Shown: one piece after another, positions 58,428-64,000 of the stretch
Numbering within the stretch: the stretch's first letter is position 1
How the letters are laid out: each line of letters begins with the position of its first letter
Source of the DNA: Dehalococcoidia bacterium
GTDB taxonomy: Bacteria; Chloroflexota; Dehalococcoidia; Lucifugimonadales; Australimonadaceae
Direction: 5' to 3'
DNA: 64,000 bases
Assembly (NCBI GenBank): GCA_965201135.1
Contig: OZ241751.1
Span: 1,460,248-1,524,247, forward strand
Position numbers and translations under genes: made by a program
Notes under the pieces: generated by a model
What the model was told of the DNA's origin: nothing
The model's database searches: none
Seen by the model: only the letters and a program-made list of their open reading frames with translations

Positions 58428-59591
58428 CTAGTTCCGCACGGGCAAGTGGAAGAAGTCCACGGCGTTTTGGACGATCATTTTGTAGACCTCGTCCTGCGGC
58501 ACGCCGGCGAAGTTGTGCTCCATCACCATATCGGAATGCGGCCAGTCGGACTCCTGATGCGGAAAGTCCGCGGCCCAGATGAGGCGGTCGACGTTCATCC
58601 GGTGGCGCAGTTCGACGCCGGAGCGGTCTTGCTGAAAGCCCCAGTAGAAGTATTCGTTGAGCAACTCGCTCGGCGGCGCCTTGAGCGGCTGGAAGCCGTT
58701 CATCGCCTGCGCCCAGTGGATATGGCGGTTGTAGCGGACGTCGGCGATTTCGAGGAAGAAGGGAACCCATCCGATGGAGGTTTCGGCGAGGCAGACGCGG
58801 AGGTCGGGGAAGCGGTCGAAGAGGCCGGAGAGAAGGAGTTGGACGGCGTTGGCGCCTCCGCCCCTGGCCGCGAACCGCTGCACCTGAAACGCGAGTTCCG
58901 TCGTGAGGCGCTCGTCCTCTTTGGGATAGTCGAGCAGTCTGCCGCCCCGCGCTCCGCTCCGCTCCAACTCCACGTGAATGGAGACGGGCATCCGCAGGTC
59001 GAGCGACGCCGCCCAGAAGCGGTCGTCCTCCGGCAGAGGCCGTCCGCCGCCGTTGGGGAACGTGAGGAGTTGGACGCCGGTCAGGCCGACGGCCTTGCAA
59101 TGCTCCAACTCCGCGACGGCGTCGTCGATCCCCGTGGCCGGAATCGCGCCGATGCCGAGGAGCCTGTCCGGAGCCTCCGCGCAGTACTCCTCGCCGAGCC
59201 AGGCGTTCCAGCCGTGAAAGATGGCCTTGTGCAGGCCGTCGTCCTTCGCCTGCATCCAGAGGCGCGGCCCGCAGACGACCGCCGGATAGAGGATCTCCGC
59301 GTCCAGCCCGTCCGTCTCCTGCTCGCGGACGCGCTGCTGAGGCGGGCCCGTGCCCGGGGTGGACTCGTAGGTCTGCCCGCCGGGATACCAGACGTCGCGC
59401 CCCTTGCCGCCGTAGAGGTCCATCGGGTTTTGGGCGGGCGCGAGGTCTTCGAGTTGCGTCGCGTCGGCGCCGGTGTCGAGTTTGACCGAGCGGGGGGCGC
59501 GGTCGCGGTAGGCGGGCTCGACGCGATGCGTCCAACGCTCGTTGGGGACTTCCAAGTGGGAGTCGCCGGAGATGCGCGTGTAAGGAGCCAT
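58428..59591 (-). CDS. amidohydrolase-2 (PF04909-like) family protein
   Basis: 387 aa. Reads ISGDSHLEVP.., ..PVSIHVE.., ..WAADFPHQESDWP... The stop lies 3 nt before the MFS ATG. Confidence 0.8.
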   Translation of the reverse strand: MAPYTRISGDSHLEVPNERWTHRVEPAYRDRAPRSVKLDTGADATQLEDLAPAQNPMDLYGGKGRDVWYPGGQTYESTPGTGPPQQRVREQETDGLDAEILYPAVVCGPRLWMQAKDDGLHKAIFHGWNAWLGEEYCAEAPDRLLGIGAIPATGIDDAVAELEHCKAVGLTGVQLLTFPNGGGRPLPEDDRFWAASLDLRMPVSIHVELERSGARGGRLLDYPKEDERLTTELAFQVQRFAARGGGANAVQLLLSGLFDRFPDLRVCLAETSIGWVPFFLEIADVRYNRHIHWAQAMNGFQPLKAPPSELLNEYFYWGFQQDRSGVELRHRMNVDRLIWAADFPHQESDWPHSDMVMEHNFAGVPQDEVYKMIVQNAVDFFHLPVRN

Positions 59592-59768
59592 AGCCGATGC
59601 GAGCCCTCCTCGCCCTTGCGCGGGCGGCGCCTAGTATAGCGGAGCGGCTAGCGGGCGGAGCGGCGGTTGGGCGCATGCCGGCTCTTTGGCCAGAGCGTCT
59701 CGAACGCCGCAGCGCTCCTATTTAGTCCCTGCGTCTCTTGGCGCGCGGCGCATGCGGCGCAATTCGGG

Positions 59769-59774
59769 TAGAAT
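59769..59774 (+). promoter_or_regulatory. candidate -10 box TAGAAT upstream of the bicupin gene
   Basis: cgggTAGAATagcccg, 30 nt before the ATG at 59805, with a ggagg in between. Confidence 0.3.
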
Positions 59775-59804
59775 AGCCCGCACATCACGGCGGAGGCGCG
59801 AAGC

Positions 59805-60962
59805 ATGGCGACGACGGCGGACCTGCGGGAAGCGGAAATCCCCGAAAAGATGGATATGTGGGAGGCGGGCGACCCCTACTTCGACTGGATCGAGCGCGAG
59901 GGGGTCAAGCGCATCGTCGAGTACAAGTTCGAGGACCTCGGCGACGTGGAACTGGGCGATTGGGAGCGCAAGGGCGGCAAGGGCGCCGTCATCAACATTC
60001 CGAATCCCCAACTCCCCAACGACGCGCACCTGGTCGAGATCAGGCCCGGCGGCAAGTCGGAGCCGGAGTCGCATATGTACGAGGAGGTGATGTACGTCGT
60101 CTCCGGGCGCGGCGCGACGAGCGTGTGGCTGGAGGAGGGGCAGAAGGCGACGTTCGAGTGGGCGGCGGGCAGCCTGCTGGTGATTCCGCTCAACGCCCGC
60201 TATCAGCACTTCAACGGGAGCGGGACGGAGCCCGCGCGGTACGTCTCGATGACGAACGCGCCGCCCGTGATGCGGCTGTTCCGCAGCGAGGAGTTCGTGT
60301 TCGGCAACGCGTTCCGCTTCACGGACCGGTTCTCCGGGGACGACGAGGACTTCTTCAGCGGGCAGGGGACGCTCTACCAGCGGAGGGGGACGAAGTTCGG
60401 GACGATCTGGAAGACGAACTTCGTGCCGAACGCGGACGTGATGCGGCTGTGGAAGTACCGCGACCGGGGCGCCGGGGGCATCAACACTCACTTCGACCTC
60501 GCGGGCAACGTGACGGGGGCGCACATCTCGGAGTTTCCCGTCGGCACCTACAAGAAGGGGCACCGGCACGGGCCCGGCGCGCATCTCGTGATTCTCGGCG
60601 GCGTCGGCTTCTCCGCGCTCTGGTGGGACAACGAGAAGAGGAACTACGAGATCGCGCCGTGGAAGAAGGGCGGGATGGTGATCGTTCCGGCGGACGCGAC
60701 GTTCCATCAGCACTTCAACACGGGGGCGGAGCCCGCGCGCTACCTCGCGCTTCGCAGCGGCGACGGCCAGCCGAGCCAGTGGGGCGAGTCGAACGTCAGC
60801 ATCAAGGAAGGCGGGATGCAGATCGAGTACGAGGACGAGGATCCGGAGATTCACCGCATCTTCGAGTCGGAACTCGCCAAGCACGGCGCGCCCTGCCGGA
60901 TGAAGGCGTTCATTCCCTACTGCTCCGGGGAGGTCGGCCCGACGAGCGAGCGCGACACATAG
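59805..60962 (+). CDS. bicupin protein (gentisate/ring-cleaving dioxygenase-like)
   Basis: 385 aa. Two cupin cores: ..ESHMYEEVMYVVSGRGAT.. and ..GHRHGPGAHLVILGGVGF..FHQHFN... Confidence 0.7.
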   Translation: MATTADLREAEIPEKMDMWEAGDPYFDWIEREGVKRIVEYKFEDLGDVELGDWERKGGKGAVINIPNPQLPNDAHLVEIRPGGKSEPESHMYEEVMYVVSGRGATSVWLEEGQKATFEWAAGSLLVIPLNARYQHFNGSGTEPARYVSMTNAPPVMRLFRSEEFVFGNAFRFTDRFSGDDEDFFSGQGTLYQRRGTKFGTIWKTNFVPNADVMRLWKYRDRGAGGINTHFDLAGNVTGAHISEFPVGTYKKGHRHGPGAHLVILGGVGFSALWWDNEKRNYEIAPWKKGGMVIVPADATFHQHFNTGAEPARYLALRSGDGQPSQWGESNVSIKEGGMQIEYEDEDPEIHRIFESELAKHGAPCRMKAFIPYCSGEVGPTSERDT

Positions 60963-60963
60963 G

Positions 60964-63282
60964 ATGCTCCTGCGCCCCATCGCGTTCCCAATGCTCCCGA
61001 TGAGCGGCGCCGCATTTTCGCGCTTGCGGGCGGCGCTCGCGCCGCATTGGGGGGCGCTGCTCGCGCTTGCGCTGTTTCTGGTCGCGGGGCTGGCCGTTCT
61101 TGACGACTACGGGCTTACGCTCGACGGGCCTTGGCAGAGAAGCGTCGTTCCCGGTCAGATTCGTTTCGTCCTCGGCGACTGGGACGCTCTCCCGATTGAC
61201 CACAATAGGTTCTACGGGGTCGCGTTCGAGGCGCCGCTCCTCTGGGCCGAGGGCGCGTTTGGGCTAACGGACAGCCGCAGCGTCTATCTGGCTCGACACC
61301 TGCTGATCCACCTCGCCTTTCTGTCCGGGGGACTCTTCGCCTATCTGCTGTCGAGGCGGCTGTTCGGCGCCGGGCTCCTCGGCCTATTCGCTGTGGCGCT
61401 TTTCTTGCTGCATCCCCGCCTTTACGCGCAGGCGTTTTTCAACAGCAAGGACATCCCGTTTCTCGCGGCGTTCATCATCGCTCTCTTCCTAACGCACCGG
61501 GCGTTGAGGAGAGACAAGATTTCGGCGTTCATCTTGCTTGGCGCGGCGGTCGGAATATTGATCAACCTCCGCATTATGGGGGTTGTCCTGCTCGCGGGGG
61601 TTCCGGCGCTGCGCGCGCTCGATTTCGCGCTGGCATCAGGATGGGAGGAGCGCAAGCGCGTTCTGCTGACGTCCGGTGGATTCGCGTTGTCCTGCGCCCT
61701 CGCGGTTTTCGCGGCTCTGCCGTACTTATGGGCCGACCCGTTCGGGCGCGCGGCGGAGTGGTGGGCAACCTTGTCTCAACACCCCGCCGCTCCCTTTGAA
61801 GTATTTCGCGGGACGCTTTACCGCACCTTGGACTTTCCGCCCGAGTACCTTCCGTTGTGGTTCTCGATCACGAGTCCGCCGTTCGCGTTGGCGTTGGGCG
61901 CGGCAGGAGGGGCGGCGGTTCTCGCGGGCTGCGCGCGGTCGTTTGGTCGAGCGCCGCGAAGCGTGGAGCCGCGGTTCGCTTGGCTGCTCGTTAGCTGCTT
62001 CGCGCTGCCCGTCTTCGCAGCGCTGCTGCTGGACGCGAATATGCAGAACGGCTGGCGGCAAATGTATTTTCTGTGGGCGCCATTCTCGCTCCTCGCCGTG
62101 TTCGGTTTGCATTGGGTCGCCTCGGCGTTCCGGCAAGCGCGTTGGCGAGTCGCGGTCTACGGGGCGACGGGCGCAGGCTTGGCGGCGACGGCCATTGCAA
62201 TGGCGCTCATTCATCCGAACGAGCAAGTCTATTTCAATTTCTTCGCAGACAGGGTCACGACGGAGCGCTTGCGGACGCAGTACGTTATGGACTACTCGGG
62301 CCACTCGGCGCGGCAAGCGCTGGAGCGGATTTTGGGCCAAAGCCGTTCCGCAGGCATCGCGGTGGGAACCGACCGTTCGGGCCTGCTTGAAAGCAACTTG
62401 CTCATAATGCCTCAAGCAGCGAGGGAGCGCGTATCTATTGATTCCGGCCCGGCGCCCTACCTTCAGTTCTATGCCGGAGAGCGGGGTGACGGCGCGCCGC
62501 AAGGGATTCGGGTCTACAACAATACGCTCGTGGATATCAGGGATTCGCCCCCGGAAGCGCCGGAGCCGTTGAGGGCGGCCTATGAGGCGGCCATCTTGCA
62601 AGAGCCGTACTTCCGGTCATCGTTCGATATCTTCCACGTAGACGGCGCGCTGGTTTATGTCAGAGAACCATGCGAACGGCGTACTTTCCCCGGCAGTTTC
62701 CAATTACTCGTCTACCCTGAGGACGCCGACGCGTTATTGAGAAGTGAGCGGGCTCTGGGGCGGGCTAACCTGAGTTTTCATTTCCCCCGATTCGGCGGGT
62801 TTTTCGACGGGAAGTGCGTCGCGGCGGTTCCTCTGCCCGAGTACGCCATCGCGGGGATATGGACAGGGCAGGACGAAGACGCTCCGTGGGAAGCCGCCTT
62901 TCCCTTGGCCGAACCGGGCGTCCACCGCGCTCTGCGCGGCGCCGTCGCATCCGAGGAGTCGCTTGCGCGCTCCGTATTCGATCTCTACGCAACCGGCGGG
63001 GAACTTGTATACGTCAAGGATCCTTGCGCGGAGTCGGACACCGAAGCGCGAGTCTTCCTGCACGTCGCGCCTGAGCGCCTAGACGATCTGCCGCAGGAGC
63101 GCCGCGGCGCGGGGTTCGACAACCTCGACTTCGATTTCTCTATCCGCGGGAGGCGTTTCGACGGCGCCTGCGTCGCCGCGGTTCCGCTGCCGGATTACCC
63201 CGTCGCGTCGATCCGAACGGGGCAATTCGTAAGCGGGGAAGGGGAGATTTGGAGCGCGGAGTTCGAGACCGGACGTAATTGA
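60964..63282 (+). CDS. polytopic ArnT/PMT-like (GT-C) glycosyltransferase with two copies of an uncharacterised ~100-aa Cys-containing C-terminal domain
   Basis: 772 aa. ~12 TM segments over ~480 aa, then a soluble region. The domain copies lie at nt 62617-62970 and 62971-63279. Confidence 0.65.
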   Translation: MLLRPIAFPMLPMSGAAFSRLRAALAPHWGALLALALFLVAGLAVLDDYGLTLDGPWQRSVVPGQIRFVLGDWDALPIDHNRFYGVAFEAPLLWAEGAFGLTDSRSVYLARHLLIHLAFLSGGLFAYLLSRRLFGAGLLGLFAVALFLLHPRLYAQAFFNSKDIPFLAAFIIALFLTHRALRRDKISAFILLGAAVGILINLRIMGVVLLAGVPALRALDFALASGWEERKRVLLTSGGFALSCALAVFAALPYLWADPFGRAAEWWATLSQHPAAPFEVFRGTLYRTLDFPPEYLPLWFSITSPPFALALGAAGGAAVLAGCARSFGRAPRSVEPRFAWLLVSCFALPVFAALLLDANMQNGWRQMYFLWAPFSLLAVFGLHWVASAFRQARWRVAVYGATGAGLAATAIAMALIHPNEQVYFNFFADRVTTERLRTQYVMDYSGHSARQALERILGQSRSAGIAVGTDRSGLLESNLLIMPQAARERVSIDSGPAPYLQFYAGERGDGAPQGIRVYNNTLVDIRDSPPEAPEPLRAAYEAAILQEPYFRSSFDIFHVDGALVYVREPCERRTFPGSFQLLVYPEDADALLRSERALGRANLSFHFPRFGGFFDGKCVAAVPLPEYAIAGIWTGQDEDAPWEAAFPLAEPGVHRALRGAVASEESLARSVFDLYATGGELVYVKDPCAESDTEARVFLHVAPERLDDLPQERRGAGFDNLDFDFSIRGRRFDGACVAAVPLPDYPVASIRTGQFVSGEGEIWSAEFETGRN

Positions 63283-63305
63283 GGGCGCGGCGCTTCGGCG
63301 CGGGG

Positions 63306-63491
63306 CTAGGCGGAGTAGTCCGGCGGAAGCAGGTTGGGAACGCCCCCGCGAATCGCGTAGGCCGCGTCGCAAGAGGCGCACGCGAGCGTTCCGGCGATGA
63401 CCTTGCCCTCCTCTCCCGCCTCCTCGACGGCGAGCGTCAGCGGAGCCTTGTCCGCCGGGCAAGCGAGCATATCCGCCAATTCGGGTTGCAT
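63306..63491 (-). CDS. Trm112-family small zinc-ribbon protein
   Basis: 61 aa. Reads LACPADKAPL...LACASCDAAYAIRGGVPNLLP. Confidence 0.7.
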   Translation of the reverse strand: MQPELADMLACPADKAPLTLAVEEAGEEGKVIAGTLACASCDAAYAIRGGVPNLLPPDYSA

Positions 63492-63501
63492 CGGAGTTCT
63501 C

Positions 63502-63966
63502 CTATTCGTCGAGCGCGGCGACGCGCAGAAGATCGGAGACGAGAAAGATGACGACGCCCAAGACGACGACCATATTGACGTGGCCGAGCGCGCGGACGAT
63601 TGCGCGAACGCGTCCGGCGGGCTTCGCCGCAGCCTCGACCAGCCTCTTCCGCCGGCTAATCACGATGAAGAACATCCACGCCGACAGCGCGACCTTGACG
63701 GCGATGAGCGCGACATAGCGGGGCGCGACGGACGGCTCGGAGACGCCGGCGAAGAAGAGCGCCGCGCCGCTTACGGCGATGACCCACATCGCGAAGACGG
63801 CGGCTCGCCCGAAGCGCTCGCCCACGGCGCGCGCGCTGTCAGCGGACAACGCGCCGGAGCGGACGCTGGGGCGGACGGCGACCCAGTAGAAGATTCCCCC
63901 GCCGACCCATGCGACGGCGGCGAGCGTGTGCGCCCAGCGAACAACGAGGAGAGCGGCGTCGGCCAT
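63502..63966 (-). CDS. four-TM membrane protein (CopD-like/unknown)
   Basis: 154 aa with four hydrophobic helices. The N-terminal ..VVRWAHTLAAVAWVGGGIFY.. resembles CopD/DUF-type membrane domains. Function not established. Confidence 0.45.
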   Translation of the reverse strand: MADAALLVVRWAHTLAAVAWVGGGIFYWVAVRPSVRSGALSADSARAVGERFGRAAVFAMWVIAVSGAALFFAGVSEPSVAPRYVALIAVKVALSAWMFFIVISRRKRLVEAAAKPAGRVRAIVRALGHVNMVVVLGVVIFLVSDLLRVAALDE

Positions 63967-64000
63967 AGGCCGTATGGTAGGCGAGCGCGAGGCGGTTCGG

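Noticed and set aside
1-64000. tRNA, rRNA, tmRNA, RNase P or SRP RNA genes.
   Set aside because: No GGTTCGAATCC-type T-arms or other conserved cores were noticed on either strand. This is a by-eye negative only.

Overview
High-GC (~65-70% by eye) bacterial chromosomal segment from an unidentified lineage; I found no rRNA, tRNA or CRISPR. About 45 CDS are supportable. Housekeeping genes: recN, valS, recQ, a MoaD-MoaE fusion, sat/cysC, thyX, korAB, lpd, comEA, thiE and trm112. Catabolic and transport genes: three PF04909-type amidohydrolases, an amidase, FAH, a class II aldolase, an SDR, a Rieske oxygenase, a bicupin, a split TPP decarboxylase and three MFS transporters. Envelope genes: one GT2 and three polytopic ArnT/PMT-like glycosyltransferases. 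Most long Arg/Ala/Gly-rich ORFs in the six-frame track are antisense or out-of-frame artefacts of the GC content. The accessory content is the interesting part. (1) A translationally coupled, AT-richer two-gene cassette (unknown 263-aa protein plus a ParB/Srx-like protein with a GERRWRAA box) sits exactly between the alpha and beta subunit genes of the TPP decarboxylase. (2) There are three separate N6-adenine methyltransferase modules, each with a PD-(D/E)xK-type domain in cis or next door. One is a 1122-aa fused IIG/ISP-like enzyme flanked by truncated gene fragments (an SNF2 C-terminus and a coiled-coil N-terminus). One is a split nuclease-like plus Eco57I-like pair. One is a beta-class MTase fused to an Mrr-like domain. 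(3) A lone terminase-large-subunit-like gene has a 3' end that reads through repeat elements. (4) A possible Nmad3-like gene lies next to a decayed BrnT/BrnA module. (5) Intergenic repeats are unusually dense: a modular multi-hairpin mosaic family (25+ hairpins), a 5.5-copy 51-bp tandem array, a 101-bp MITE with TIRs and a 5-bp TSD nested inside a hairpin, and eight helically phased TGAGCGC heptamers. All family assignments come from motif recognition by eye; no database search was run.
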